Assembly: GCA_022705265.1 (NCBI GenBank) | Contig: JAKJEU010000002.1 | Location: forward strand, 1 to 32,041 | Direction of reading: 5' to 3' | Source: Pseudomonadota bacterium | GTDB taxonomy: Bacteria > Pseudomonadota > Alphaproteobacteria > JAKJEU01 | Length of the DNA stretch: 32,041 nt | Shown: positions 16,017-27,225 of the stretch, in pieces | Numbering within the stretch: the first letter of the stretch is position 1 | Layout: each line of letters begins with the position of its first letter | Program-made: the position numbers and the translations under genes | The notes under the pieces: generated by a model | Told to the model about the DNA's origin: nothing | Database searches by the model: none | The model's input: the letters and a program-made list of their open reading frames with translations, nothing else

Positions 16017-17055
16017 CTTCGATTAATGCCGAAATAATTTCATCAAGACCCGCACCTTCCATAACTTCGTCAATTTTATACAAAGTAAGATTGATGCGAT
16101 GATCGGTAACTCTTCCTTGTGGAAAATTATATGTTCTTATTCTTTCCGACCTATCGCCTGAACCAACTTGTTCCTTACGGTTAGAAGACATTTCATTTTC
16201 GATTCTTTGTCTTTCGGCATCGTAAATATAAGCCCTTAACCTTGCCATTGCTTTGTCACGGTTTTTAAACTGAGAGCGTTCTTCTTGGCATTCCACAACA
16301 ACCCCTGTTGGAATATGAGTAAGACGCACAGCACTGTCTGTTTTGTTAACATGCTGACCACCTGCACCTGATGCTCTGAAAGTATCCATTTTGATATCAG
16401 CTTCATTAATTTTAACATCAACTTCTTCTGCTTCTGGCAAAACCGCAACCGTTGCTGCTGAAGTATGAACTCTTCCTGAGGCTTCGGTGTCTGGAACTCT
16501 TTGAACTCGATGAGCTCCTGATTCAAATTTTAACTTTGAAAACACATCTTTCCCAGATATAGAAGCAGCCGCCTCTTTATATCCGCCAATACCAGTTTCA
16601 TTAAGGTTCAAAATTTCGAATTTCCAACCTCTTGAATTTGCATATTTTTCATACATTCTGAATAAATTTGCCGCAAACAAGGCCGCTTCTTCACCGCCTG
16701 TTCCTGCTCTTACTTCTAATATAGCATTTTTGGCATCAGCTTCGTCTTTTGGAATAAGGAGAATTTTGATTTTCTTTTCCGCTTCTGGTAATTCTTCTTT
16801 TAAAGAATAATATTCTTCTTCGCCCATTTTTCTCATCTCGCTATCCATAGAAGCATCTTCCATAATAGCCTTAGCCTCAGCCATATTTTTCTTTAACTCT
16901 TTATAAGCTTGAATGGTTTCCACCATCTCGTCAAGAGATGCCATTTCCTTGCTTAACCTTACGAATTCTTGACCATCAACATTGCCAGTTGAAAGAAGAG
17001 CTTTAAGCTCGTCATGTCTTGATACAATTGTTTCTAATTTTTCATCAAAATTCAT
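15982..17055 (-). CDS. prfA: Peptide chain release factor 1
   Basis: 357 aa with the GGQ motif [11 protein letters not shown] and the RF1-type tripeptide region [15 protein letters not shown]. Confidence 0.95.
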   Translation of the reverse strand: MNFDEKLETIVSRHDELKALLSTGNVDGQEFVRLSKEMASLDEMVETIQAYKELKKNMAEAKAIMEDASMDSEMRKMGEEEYYSLKEELPEAEKKIKILLIPKDEADAKNAILEVRAGTGGEEAALFAANLFRMYEKYANSRGWKFEILNLNETGIGGYKEAAASISGKDVFSKLKFESGAHRVQRVPDTEASGRVHTSAATVAVLPEAEEVDVKINEADIKMDTFRASGAGGQHVNKTDSAVRLTHIPTGVVVECQEERSQFKNRDKAMARLRAYIYDAERQRIENEMSSNRKEQVGSGDRSERIRTYNFPQGRVTDHRINLTLYKIDEVMEGAGLDEIISALIEDDQLKKLSELS

Positions 17056-17058
17056 ATA

Positions 17059-18291
17059 TTAAATTTCCTTTGATATTTCTTTTATACTTACTTCTTTTTG
17101 GTTTCCGCTGTCTAAATCCTTGATTACGACATTGCCACGATCAAATTCGTCTCCACCAACGACAATCGCCTTAAAAGCGTTTGCCTTATTTGCTTTTTTA
17201 AATCTTTTACCAACATTACCGTTAAAAGCCATGTCAACGAAAACACCCTCGGCTCTTAAATCATCAGCGATTTTCAAAGCTTGATATTTGTATTCGTCAT
17301 TCAAAGGAATAACCGCAACCGGTCTTTGTTTATTTGGAGTTTCCTTTAACAACAAAGCAAGTCTGTCCACTCCTGATGCAAAACCAACCCCAGTAATTTT
17401 TGGTCCGCCAAGCTCGCTTACCAAATCATCATAACGACCCCCTGCCAAAACTGTGCCTTGGGAACCAAGTTCGTCAGTGATAAATTCGAAAACCGTATGG
17501 CGGTAATAATCAAGCCCACGAACCAATTTTGAATTGACTTTATATTCGATTTCAAGAGCGTCCAAACCTTTTAAAACTTCGTCAAAAAAGTTCTTTGAAA
17601 ATTCGTTCAAATAATCATTCATTTTAGGAGCATTTTCACAAATAACCTTATCACATTCTTCTTTTGAATCAAGGATTCTTAAAGGGTTTGTGTGAAGTCT
17701 CCTTTTCGAATCTTCTGATAAATTTTCTTCATAACCTTTGAAATATTCAAGCAAGGCTTTTTTATATTCTTCACGGCTTTCAACATCGCCCAAAGAATTG
17801 ATTTCAAGAGTGATTTTTCCCTTAACTCCAACCTTTTTAAGAAAAGAATTAGCCAAAGCAATAACTTCGACATCCGCGTTTGGAGTATCAACCCCAAAAA
17901 GCTCTACACCTGCTTGATAAAATTGTCTGTATCTTCCTTTTTGAGGCCTTTCATATCGAAACATTGGGCCGATATAATAAACTTTCAAAGGTAAATCTTG
18001 TGCCAAACCGTTTGAAACCAAAGCTCTTGCTGCGCCTGCTGTTCCTTCTGGTCTTAAAGTTATGCTTTCACCACCTCTGTCGTTAAAGGTATACATTTCT
18101 TTTGATACAACATCGGTTACTTCGCCCATACCTCTGGCAAAAACTTCGGTAAATTCGAAAATAGGAGTAATAATTTCGCCATATCCGTAACAATGAGCAA
18201 CATGATGCATTCCATCTGTTACAAATTTTTGTGCCAGAATTTCATCACCATATAAATCTCTTGTGCCTCGTGCAGGCTGATACGCTTTCAT
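17059..18291 (-). CDS. hisS: Histidyl-tRNA synthetase
   Basis: 410 aa. Class II motifs include LRPEGTAG, YYIGPMFRYERPQKGRYRQFYQAG and GGGRYD-like LAGGRYDDL. Confidence 0.95.
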   Translation of the reverse strand: MKAYQPARGTRDLYGDEILAQKFVTDGMHHVAHCYGYGEIITPIFEFTEVFARGMGEVTDVVSKEMYTFNDRGGESITLRPEGTAGAARALVSNGLAQDLPLKVYYIGPMFRYERPQKGRYRQFYQAGVELFGVDTPNADVEVIALANSFLKKVGVKGKITLEINSLGDVESREEYKKALLEYFKGYEENLSEDSKRRLHTNPLRILDSKEECDKVICENAPKMNDYLNEFSKNFFDEVLKGLDALEIEYKVNSKLVRGLDYYRHTVFEFITDELGSQGTVLAGGRYDDLVSELGGPKITGVGFASGVDRLALLLKETPNKQRPVAVIPLNDEYKYQALKIADDLRAEGVFVDMAFNGNVGKRFKKANKANAFKAIVVGGDEFDRGNVVIKDLDSGNQKEVSIKEISKEI

Positions 18292-18311
18292 TTATTTTCT
18301 CCTTAAAAAAC

Positions 18312-19409
18312 TTATTTTTTATCAATCGCTGAGGCTTGTTCATAAGCAAGCTCAACAACTTTTTCAATTACATCTTCACTTTTTACAAAACCAACTTGCT
18401 TGCCTTTTACATAAAGCATATGGTTGTTTGCTCCACCACCCGCAACCCCGATATCAGCGTGAAGAGCTTCACCAGGTCCGTTAACCACACAACCCATAAT
18501 TGCAATAGTCAAAGGTGCGGTTATTTTTGACAATCTTTCTTCCAAAGTCGCCACAATATCAATCACATTATAACTTGTTCTTGCACAAGTTGGGCATGAG
18601 ATGAGTCTTATGCCTCTGTGTCTTATATCCAAGGTTTTCAAAATTTCAAAACCAGCTTTTACTTCGTGAATAATGTCGGCTGTTAATGAAACTCTTAAAG
18701 TATCGCCTATACCTTCGGCAAGCAAGGAACCAATTCCAAAAGCAGATTTGATTAAACCAGAATGGAAACTTCCTGTTTCGGTAATACCAAGGTGTAAAGG
18801 ATAATCGCAAGCCTTTGACAATTTACGATAAGCGTCCATAGTCATCAAAGTATTGGACGATTTAACCGAAATCTTAAAATTGGTAAAATCCTCATCTTCA
18901 AGCATTTTAGCCTGCATCAAAGCACTTTCAACCATCGCATCAGAACAAGGTTCACCATATTTTTCAAGCAACCCTTTTTCCAAAGAACCGCCATTAACAC
19001 CGATACGAATTGAGCAATTATTATCTTTTGCAGCCCTTACAACTTCCTTAACCCCTTCGATTGAACCAATATTACCTGGATTAATTCTTAAACATGTTGC
19101 TCCTGCTTTTGCTGCCTCAATCCCTCTTTTATAATGGAAATGGATGTCCGCAATAATTGGAACCTTAACATTTTTAATAATTTCAGGCAAAGCCAAAGTC
19201 GAAGCTTCATCAGGGCAAGATATTCTCATGATATCCACACCTGCTTCTTCTGCTTTTCTTATTTGCTCGATAGTAGCCTTAACATCAGCAGTTTTAGTGT
19301 TAGTCATAGATTGCACAGAAATTTGTGCACCATCGCCCACCGCGACATGCCCCACATAAACTCTTTTTGTTTTTCTTCTTACGATATTATTTATAAAAAC
19401 TTTATCCAT
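18312..19409 (-). CDS. ispG: 4-hydroxy-3-methylbut-2-en-1-yl diphosphate synthase (MEP pathway)
   Basis: 365 aa. TIM-barrel N-domain RISCPDEAS and RINPGNIG. 4Fe-4S ligand region ISCPTCART and [10 protein letters not shown]. Confidence 0.95.
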   Translation of the reverse strand: MDKVFINNIVRRKTKRVYVGHVAVGDGAQISVQSMTNTKTADVKATIEQIRKAEEAGVDIMRISCPDEASTLALPEIIKNVKVPIIADIHFHYKRGIEAAKAGATCLRINPGNIGSIEGVKEVVRAAKDNNCSIRIGVNGGSLEKGLLEKYGEPCSDAMVESALMQAKMLEDEDFTNFKISVKSSNTLMTMDAYRKLSKACDYPLHLGITETGSFHSGLIKSAFGIGSLLAEGIGDTLRVSLTADIIHEVKAGFEILKTLDIRHRGIRLISCPTCARTSYNVIDIVATLEERLSKITAPLTIAIMGCVVNGPGEALHADIGVAGGGANNHMLYVKGKQVGFVKSEDVIEKVVELAYEQASAIDKK

Positions 19410-19415
19410 GATAAA

Positions 19416-20360
19416 TTAAAGTCCTTTTTTCTCAATTAAAGAGGAAGCATCCAAAATAACTCCTCTTTTAACTTCGCTTAAAACCCCAGCTTTATTAATG
19501 AGCTTGCCATCGACATAAATTTCAATACCACCAGCATTTCCAGTATCCATAATCACTGCCTCATCATTCGAAGAATAAGGAATTTCATATGATTCGTTCT
19601 TTTTAAGCATACCGCTAAACAAAGTTTCACGACCTCTGCTTAATTTCATCCAAGCATCGTCCACAGATTTCAAAGAAATTCTTCCTTTTTTATTTACTTC
19701 TTTTTCATCCTTTTTAGGAGTAGTAGAAACATCTGGTATTGTAGTTTCTGACAAAACATTCTGCAAATCCACCTTTTCCAAAGATTCGAGCAACAAAGAA
19801 TCAGCTAAATCATGAGTTTCTGTATTTGTATTTTCTTGTTTATTTTCCTCAACTGTCTCGACTATTTCTTCGGCATAAGAAGGAGTTTCATCGCTTTTGT
19901 CCTTTATTGTAAAGGTATACCAAACACAGTAAGCAACAACAAGCACAACCAAAGAAATAAGCAACATACCAAATTTAGGCATCATAGAACCCATACCAAG
20001 TTCTTCCATTTCTCTTTTCTTATGATTTAAATAACTTTTAGAAGAAATTTCCTTTTTATAAAGACTTAACATCTCACTTTCATCAAGTCCAAGCATAACC
20101 GAATATGATTTAACAAACCCAAGAGCATAAGCCTCGCCAGGCAATCCTCCGTACACATTTGATTCAATCAATTCAATATAGGATTGTTTGATGCAAAGCC
20201 TTTTTGCGACTTCTTCTGATGAAAGACCTTTTTTTGTCCTTACCTTTTTAAGCATATCGCCGACAAGATATTCCTTATCAGCTTCTGCTATTTCAAAATT
20301 TTCTTGCTTTAAACTGCCAACAGATTCCAAAGAATCCTTTTTGTTAAAATTCTCAACCAC
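19416..20360 (-). CDS. rodZ: RodZ-like cytoskeleton protein (HTH, TM segment and DUF4115-like C-terminus)
   Basis: 314 aa. XRE-type HTH (LKKVRTKKGLSSEEVAKRLCIKQSYIELIE), one TM helix (MLLISLVVLVVAYCVWY) and a C-terminal beta domain (DTGNAGGIEIYVDG). The rodZ-ispG adjacency is conserved. Confidence 0.75.
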   Translation of the reverse strand: MVENFNKKDSLESVGSLKQENFEIAEADKEYLVGDMLKKVRTKKGLSSEEVAKRLCIKQSYIELIESNVYGGLPGEAYALGFVKSYSVMLGLDESEMLSLYKKEISSKSYLNHKKREMEELGMGSMMPKFGMLLISLVVLVVAYCVWYTFTIKDKSDETPSYAEEIVETVEENKQENTNTETHDLADSLLLESLEKVDLQNVLSETTIPDVSTTPKKDEKEVNKKGRISLKSVDDAWMKLSRGRETLFSGMLKKNESYEIPYSSNDEAVIMDTGNAGGIEIYVDGKLINKAGVLSEVKRGVILDASSLIEKKGL

Positions 20361-20569
20361 GAATAATTCTCTTAATTTATAAAGTTAAAATGTATATTGA
20401 TTCTTAATAAATACTATAAAATAATAATCCAATCAAGAATAGACTTTTTAAATTCTATATCAATAAAAATATTTTTTAATTTATGATTTTTATTGAAATT
20501 AAATTTTTTAAATAGTATTTTAAAGTACTGTGAATTTTATGTATTGTAAGCTTTAAAAGGGTAAATAAA

Positions 20570-21805
20570 TTGGCGTTAATTGTACAAAAATATGGCGGTA
20601 CTTCTGTTGCTGATGTCGACAGAATTAAAATCGTCGCAAACAAAGTCAAAAATGAAATTGAAAAAGGAAATCAAGTTGTTGTAATCCTTTCGGCTATGTC
20701 TGGGGTTACTAATTCTTTGGTTAAATTTTGCAATGACATAACAACTTTTTATGACAATCGCGAATATGATGCGGTTGTTGCAACTGGCGAACAAGTAACC
20801 ATTGGATTACTTGCTATTGCTTTGCAAAATATGGGAATAAAGGCAAGATCTTATGCTGGCTGGCAAGTTCCTATTATCACTGACAATGCTTTTGGTAAGG
20901 CAAGAATTAAAGAAATTAAGCCTGATAATCTTTTAAAATCTCTTGAAAATGGCGAAGTTCCTATTATCGCTGGATTCCAAGGAATTGAAATCGAAAGCGG
21001 TCGTGTTGCAACGCTTGGTCGTGGTGGTTCTGACACTTCTGCGGTTGCGGTTGCTGCTGCTATTAATGCTGATTGTTGCGATATCTTTACCGATGTTGAA
21101 GGTGTTTATACAACCGACCCAAGAATTGTTAAAGTTGCAAAAAAACTTGAAAAAATAACCTTTGAAGAAATACTTGAAATGGCTTCTCTTGGTGCAAAAG
21201 TTTTACAAACTCGTTCGGTCGAGCTTGCAATGAAATATAAAGTAAAATTAAGAGTGTTATCAAGTTTTGTTGACGCTCCTGGAACATTAATTTGTAGCGA
21301 GGATGAAATCGTGGAAAAAGAAGTTATAAGTGGTATAACATACAATAAAGATGAAGCAAAATTTACATTAGTTAATATTGACGATGTACCTGGTGTTTCT
21401 GCTAACATATTCAAAGTTATGTCAAATGCTGGCATTAATGTTGATATGATTGTTCAAAGCGTATCAAGTGGAACAAAAACAAATATGACATTTACTGTTC
21501 CTGACAGTGAATTTGAAAAAGCTAAAAAAGCAATTGAAGCAAACAAAGATCTTTTAAATTACGAAAGCTTCTTGTTTGACAGAAAAGTTGTAAAAGTATC
21601 AATCGTTGGTATTGGTATGAAATCTCATTCAGGTGTTGCTGAGACTATGTTCAGAGCCTTGGCTGAAAAAAACATTAACATTATGGCTATATCAACTTCG
21701 GAAATTAAGATAAGCGTTTTAATCGCTGATGAATATACCGAACTTGCTTTAAGAGTATTACATACCGCCTTTGGTTTAGATAAAGAAATATCAGAAAAAG
21801 AATAA
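20570..21805 (+). CDS. lysC: Aspartate kinase
   Basis: 411 aa with a TTG start. Motifs VQKYGGTSV, LGRGGSDTSA and the C-terminal tandem ACT region. Confidence 0.95.
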   Translation: MALIVQKYGGTSVADVDRIKIVANKVKNEIEKGNQVVVILSAMSGVTNSLVKFCNDITTFYDNREYDAVVATGEQVTIGLLAIALQNMGIKARSYAGWQVPIITDNAFGKARIKEIKPDNLLKSLENGEVPIIAGFQGIEIESGRVATLGRGGSDTSAVAVAAAINADCCDIFTDVEGVYTTDPRIVKVAKKLEKITFEEILEMASLGAKVLQTRSVELAMKYKVKLRVLSSFVDAPGTLICSEDEIVEKEVISGITYNKDEAKFTLVNIDDVPGVSANIFKVMSNAGINVDMIVQSVSSGTKTNMTFTVPDSEFEKAKKAIEANKDLLNYESFLFDRKVVKVSIVGIGMKSHSGVAETMFRALAEKNINIMAISTSEIKISVLIADEYTELALRVLHTAFGLDKEISEKE

Positions 21806-21816
21806 GAAAGAAAAAA

Positions 21817-22845
21817 ATGACACAAAAAGAAGTATTAGAAAAATTATGGAAAAGAGGTTGCGAGTTTTTAGGAACTGAAAAAGCGATTTTAGGCGGGGCT
21901 ATGTCTTGGATTTCAGACAGCGATTTAGTTGCTGCTATCAGTGAAGCTGGCGGTTTCGGCGTTCTCGCTGGCGGTGCTTTGCCTCCTGAATTGTTGGACA
22001 AGTGGATTAAAGACACTCAAAGCAAAACAAAAAAGCCTTTCGGCGTTAACTTAATCACTATGCACACTGCTCTTGATACATTAATTGATGTTTGTGCCAA
22101 TAACAAAGTAAGTCATGTGGTTTTTGCTGGCGGTCTTCCAAAAACTGAATCAATTGCAAAAGCAAAATCTTTGGGAATGAAGGTTATGTGCTTTGCTCCT
22201 GCTACTATCATTGGTAAAAGAATGATAAAAGCTGGTACTGATGCTTTGATTATCGAAGGTCACGAAGCTGGCGGTCATATCGGACCTGTATCAACAACAA
22301 TCCTTGCCCAAGAAATTTTACCTGCACTCTCACAGCAAGTACCTGTATTTGTTGCTGGTGGTATTGGAACTGGTAAAATGATGGCATCATATCTTATGCT
22401 TGGTGCTTCTGGGGTTCAAGTTGGAACAAGATTCGTATGTACTCATGAATGTAATGCTCATGCAAAATTCAAAGAAATCTTTATCAAATCTTCTGCTCGT
22501 GATGCTATGCCAACCGTTCAAGTAGATCCAAGATTTCCTGTTATCCCTGTTCGTGCTATTACTAACGAAGGTTCAAGAAAATTCATGGAAATTCAAACCG
22601 AAATCGTTAACAAATATAAAAACGGTGAAATCGAACTTAAAGAAGGTCAATTACAAATCGAATCTTTCTGGATGGGTTCATTAAGAAGAGCTGTGGTTGA
22701 AGGTGATATCGAAACTGGTTCTTTGATGGCTGGTCAAAGCGTTGAATTTGTGAAAAAAGAAATGTCAGTAAAAGAAGTTATCGATGAATTAACCGATGAT
22801 GCGATTGCTGAATTGAAATTTTACGATGGATTACTTGCTAAGTAA
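21817..22845 (+). CDS. fabK: FabK-like enoyl-ACP reductase II / nitronate monooxygenase family flavoprotein
   Basis: 342 aa. GGAMSWISDSDLVAAISEAGGFGVL, PFGVNL, EGHEAGGHIG, GGIGTG and VQVGTRF align by eye with FabK/NMO proteins. Confidence 0.7.
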   Translation: MTQKEVLEKLWKRGCEFLGTEKAILGGAMSWISDSDLVAAISEAGGFGVLAGGALPPELLDKWIKDTQSKTKKPFGVNLITMHTALDTLIDVCANNKVSHVVFAGGLPKTESIAKAKSLGMKVMCFAPATIIGKRMIKAGTDALIIEGHEAGGHIGPVSTTILAQEILPALSQQVPVFVAGGIGTGKMMASYLMLGASGVQVGTRFVCTHECNAHAKFKEIFIKSSARDAMPTVQVDPRFPVIPVRAITNEGSRKFMEIQTEIVNKYKNGEIELKEGQLQIESFWMGSLRRAVVEGDIETGSLMAGQSVEFVKKEMSVKEVIDELTDDAIAELKFYDGLLAK

Positions 22846-22866
22846 TTAAACAAAAAAAGCAATTAA

Positions 22867-22912
22867 AAGTATAATCCCGTAACATAAAAGCCAAGGGATT
22901 ATACTTTTTTTT
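22867..22912 (+). terminator. Rho-independent terminator after the lysC-fabK pair
   Basis: A 12-bp perfect stem, AAGTATAATCCC (22867-22878) with GGGATTATACTT (22895-22906), a 16-nt loop, and a T run through 22912. Confidence 0.85.
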
Positions 22913-22986
22913 AATATTATTTACCGATTTATATTGAATATACATACATGAATGTATATATTTATAAGCAAAGGATTAAATTTTAG

Positions 22987-24390
<1,404 letters not shown>

Positions 24391-24395
24391 ACAAA

Positions 24396-24794
24396 GTGAA
24401 AATAAAACTTCAAACCCCTACTGGAAACGTTTTGGATTGCGAGGCTTTGTCAGTTGATTTCGAAGCCTTAGACGGACATTTCACAATATTGCCAAAACAT
24501 GCTGATTTTGTAAGCGTTATTGCAACTGGGATTATTTTAATTAAAACCAGCGACAACAAAGAAATTTATGTCGCAACAAATTCTGGGATTTTAAGCAAAA
24601 AAGGAAGTCAGGTAAGTATTTCTGTAAGAAACGCTATTTTAAACGAAGATATTGATATTTTAACCAACATCATTGAAACCGAATTTAAAAAATTTAACGA
24701 AGAGCGAAAAGAAACAAACACAGCCATGGCAAGGCTTGAAATCGGAATTACCAGAGGGTTTATGAAGCTTAACAAAGGTGAAATTAATGTCTAA
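24396..24794 (+). CDS. atpC: N-type ATPase epsilon subunit
   Basis: 132 aa with a GTG start. It has an epsilon-like N-terminal beta sandwich (LDGHFTILPKHADFVS) and sits directly after beta. Confidence 0.8.
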   Translation: MKIKLQTPTGNVLDCEALSVDFEALDGHFTILPKHADFVSVIATGIILIKTSDNKEIYVATNSGILSKKGSQVSISVRNAILNEDIDILTNIIETEFKKFNEERKETNTAMARLEIGITRGFMKLNKGEINV

Positions 24795-25143
24795 TAACGA
24801 AAAAAATCACGAAAGACGATTGATAAAAAAATTAATCGTAAAGGCAAGAAAAAGAGCCGAAAGAAAAAACAATAAAATCTTCCTTAACGCTGGTATTATG
24901 GGAGTTTTTGGTTGGCATATTTGTACTCCGGTTATTTTGGCGACTATTTTAGGGCTTTGGCTTGATAAAAAATTTGATATGAACGGCTCACTTTTTATTG
25001 CTTTTTTAATCATTGGTTTTATGGTCGGTGGATATAATTCATATCGCTGGGTTAAGGAAACTTTGAAATTCAAAATAAGACAAAAAGAAGAAGATAGTGT
25101 CATTTTACAAGATGAAAAACCAATTAAAACAGGTGAGGAATAA
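24787..25143 (+). CDS. atpQ: AtpQ (AtpI/AtpZ-like membrane protein of N-ATPase operons)
   Basis: Basic N-terminus followed by two TM helices (GIMGVFGWHICTPVILATILGLWLD ... LFIAFLIIGFMVGGYNSY). I prefer ATG 24787, preceded by AAAGGTGA, over the track's GTG 24778. Confidence 0.7.
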   Translation: MSNNEKNHERRLIKKLIVKARKRAERKNNKIFLNAGIMGVFGWHICTPVILATILGLWLDKKFDMNGSLFIAFLIIGFMVGGYNSYRWVKETLKFKIRQKEEDSVILQDEKPIKTGEE

Positions 25144-25437
25144 ATGGTTCAAACCATAATTACATACTTATTAATCGGTGCTTTATTAGGGGCTTTGTAC
25201 TTTTACGGACTTTGGGGTTCGTTATTACTTATGCCAAAATTTCAAAATAAAAAGGCATATCTTTTGATAACTACGATTATAAGGTTTTCAATCCTTCTTA
25301 CTTGTTTTTATTTCATCATAAAAACAAACAGCTTTGGTATAATGTTCACAATAATCGGTTTTGTTATTTCACGAATCTTTATAGTAAGAAATAAAGGGCT
25401 TAACGATTTCGTTAAAGGAGGTCAAAATAATGGTTGA
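25144..25437 (+). CDS. atpR: AtpR (N-ATPase-specific small membrane subunit)
   Basis: 97 aa with three hydrophobic segments. It has the GALYFYGLW motif in TM1 and an intramembrane Arg (R47). Its position between atpQ and the a subunit is diagnostic of N-ATPase operons. Confidence 0.7.
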   Translation: MVQTIITYLLIGALLGALYFYGLWGSLLLMPKFQNKKAYLLITTIIRFSILLTCFYFIIKTNSFGIMFTIIGFVISRIFIVRNKGLNDFVKGGQNNG

Positions 25438-26119
25438 AAATTTTGATGCGATTATAATTTTCCATATTTTTGGCTTTGGAATTAATGCGACCATTTTTTC
25501 AACATGGATTGTTATGGCAATTTTGCTTATATTGGCAAAGCTTGCAACAAAAGATTTAAGCAATTCCATCGATGGTAAAGTATCAAGACTTCAAATCGCA
25601 ATGGAAGCCATTGTAAAAGGAATTAACGACCAAATTCGTGAGGCCAGCGGAACTAATCCTATGATTTTTATGCCTATGATTGGGACTTTTTTCTTATTCA
25701 TTGGGGTTTCAAATTTATTAAGCATTATTCCATGGTTTATGCCTCCTACTGCGTCGCTTTCAACCACGGTTTCATATGCGATGTGTGTGGCAATTGCTAT
25801 GCCATATTACGGAATTAAACATGTTGGTATCGTAAGATATTTGAAAAAATATATCGAACCAACTCCGATTATGCTTCCTTTTAACATTATTGGAGACATT
25901 GCTTCGATATTCTCGCTTGCAGTTCGTCTTTATGGAAATGTGTTAAGCGGTTGTGTGATTGGCACTATATTACTTTCTCTTGCACCATATCTTATACCTT
26001 TGCCATTGCAGATTTTAGGGCTTTTAACAGGAACAATCCAAGCCTATATCTTCTCGATGCTTGCAATTATGTATATTTCGTCGATTGGTCTTGAAGAAGA
26101 AAACAAGTTAATAAGATAA
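25430..26119 (+). CDS. atpB: N-type ATPase a subunit
   Basis: 229-aa polytopic protein. The essential Arg context is LAVRLYGNVLSG. AAGGAGG Shine-Dalgarno. Confidence 0.9.
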   Translation: MVENFDAIIIFHIFGFGINATIFSTWIVMAILLILAKLATKDLSNSIDGKVSRLQIAMEAIVKGINDQIREASGTNPMIFMPMIGTFFLFIGVSNLLSIIPWFMPPTASLSTTVSYAMCVAIAMPYYGIKHVGIVRYLKKYIEPTPIMLPFNIIGDIASIFSLAVRLYGNVLSGCVIGTILLSLAPYLIPLPLQILGLLTGTIQAYIFSMLAIMYISSIGLEEENKLIR

Positions 26120-26144
26120 TTTTTAAATTTAAGGAGAAAATAAA

Positions 26145-26423
26145 ATGGATAATATCGGTTTAGTTGGTGCTGCTTCTGTTCTTGCTGCTGGTCTTGCGAT
26201 TGGTATTGGTGGTATTGGTTCTGGGGTTGGTGAAGGCCATGCTGCTAATGCTGCATTAAAAGCGATTGCACAACAACCAGACGAAGCAGGAAACATCACA
26301 AAGACATTATTCGTATGTATGGCGATGATTGAATCTACTGCTATTTATGCTTTCGTTATCACTATGATTATTTTGTTTGCAAACCCATTTTGGGACCATG
26401 TAATCAACCTTGCAGGAAAATAA
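26145..26423 (+). CDS. atpE: N-type ATPase c subunit
   Basis: 92-aa helical hairpin: GIGSGVGEGHAANAALKAIAQQPD ... MIESTAIYAFVI ... FANPF. Confidence 0.95.
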   Translation: MDNIGLVGAASVLAAGLAIGIGGIGSGVGEGHAANAALKAIAQQPDEAGNITKTLFVCMAMIESTAIYAFVITMIILFANPFWDHVINLAGK

Positions 26424-26465
26424 TTATAAATAAAACGAATATTTTAATTTAAGGACAAATTCATA

Positions 26466-27221
26466 ATGGGTATCGATTGGGTAACATTTAGCGCACAAAT
26501 TGTTAATTTAATAGTCTTAGGATGGCTTTTAAAGCGGTTTTTATATAAACCTATATTAAATGCAATTGACGCAAGGGAAAAAGCGATAAGTTCACGAGTG
26601 AGCGAAGCAAACGACCTTGCAAAAAAGGCTGAGCAAGAAATTTCTGATTTAAGGCTTAAAAAAGACAGCTTTGAAAAGGATAAATATGCAATTTTGAGCA
26701 AAGCAAAAGAAGAAGCCGAAAATACAAAAGAAAGGCTTTTAAGAGATGCTAAAATCGATGTCGAAATCCAAAAAGAAGTTTGGTTTAACGATCTTGAAAA
26801 ACAAAAACAAGCGTTTTTTGATAATGCTAATGATGCGATTATTGCAAGCTTCATAAACCTTGCAAACAAAGCTTTGACCGACCTTGCTTCCAGCAATCTT
26901 GAAACTCAAATGTTGGAAGTTTTCAAACAAAAGCTTAATAAAATTGACGCGGTTGAAAAAGAAGCTTTTGTTAAAAATGCAATCGAAGATGGCGTAATCA
27001 AAGCAGTATTTAGTTTTGATATTGACGACAAAGAAAATGTATCAAAATTTATCAAAAATTCGTTAAATCTTAAAAATGATGTCGAAATTATATTCGAAGT
27101 GGATAAAAAACTTATTTGCGGTGTTGAATTAAAGGCAAAAGAAAAATCACTTTCTTGGAGCATGAAAGAACATCTCAACAACTTTACAAAAGAACTTAAA
27201 TCTGCTTTGAACGGGGAATAA
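26466..27221 (+). CDS. atpF: N-type ATPase b subunit (elongated form)
   Basis: 251 aa. An N-terminal TM helix (FSAQIVNLIVLGWLLKRFLYKPI) is followed by a long charged coiled coil and an extra C-terminal domain of about 100 aa. Confidence 0.85.
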   Translation: MGIDWVTFSAQIVNLIVLGWLLKRFLYKPILNAIDAREKAISSRVSEANDLAKKAEQEISDLRLKKDSFEKDKYAILSKAKEEAENTKERLLRDAKIDVEIQKEVWFNDLEKQKQAFFDNANDAIIASFINLANKALTDLASSNLETQMLEVFKQKLNKIDAVEKEAFVKNAIEDGVIKAVFSFDIDDKENVSKFIKNSLNLKNDVEIIFEVDKKLICGVELKAKEKSLSWSMKEHLNNFTKELKSALNGE

Positions 27222-27225
27222 TCAA

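Noticed and set aside
20361-20569. Lysine riboswitch or other structured leader upstream of lysC
   Set aside because: The 209-bp spacer is almost pure A/T with no G/C-containing helices. It looks like a divergent promoter region for rodZ and lysC. The near-palindrome AGTATTTTAAAGTACT (about 20513-20528) has a mismatch and is unremarkable in this composition.
26444-26896. 150-aa minus-strand ORF, and similar ORFs such as 21106-21435, 27288-27659, 26906-27244, 28629-28901, 6897-7190 and 7842-8159
   Set aside because: All lie antisense to, or out of frame within, strongly supported conserved genes (atpF, lysC, atpA, atpG, plsX, yceD). Their low-complexity Ser/Leu/Phe-rich translations are typical of shadow ORFs.
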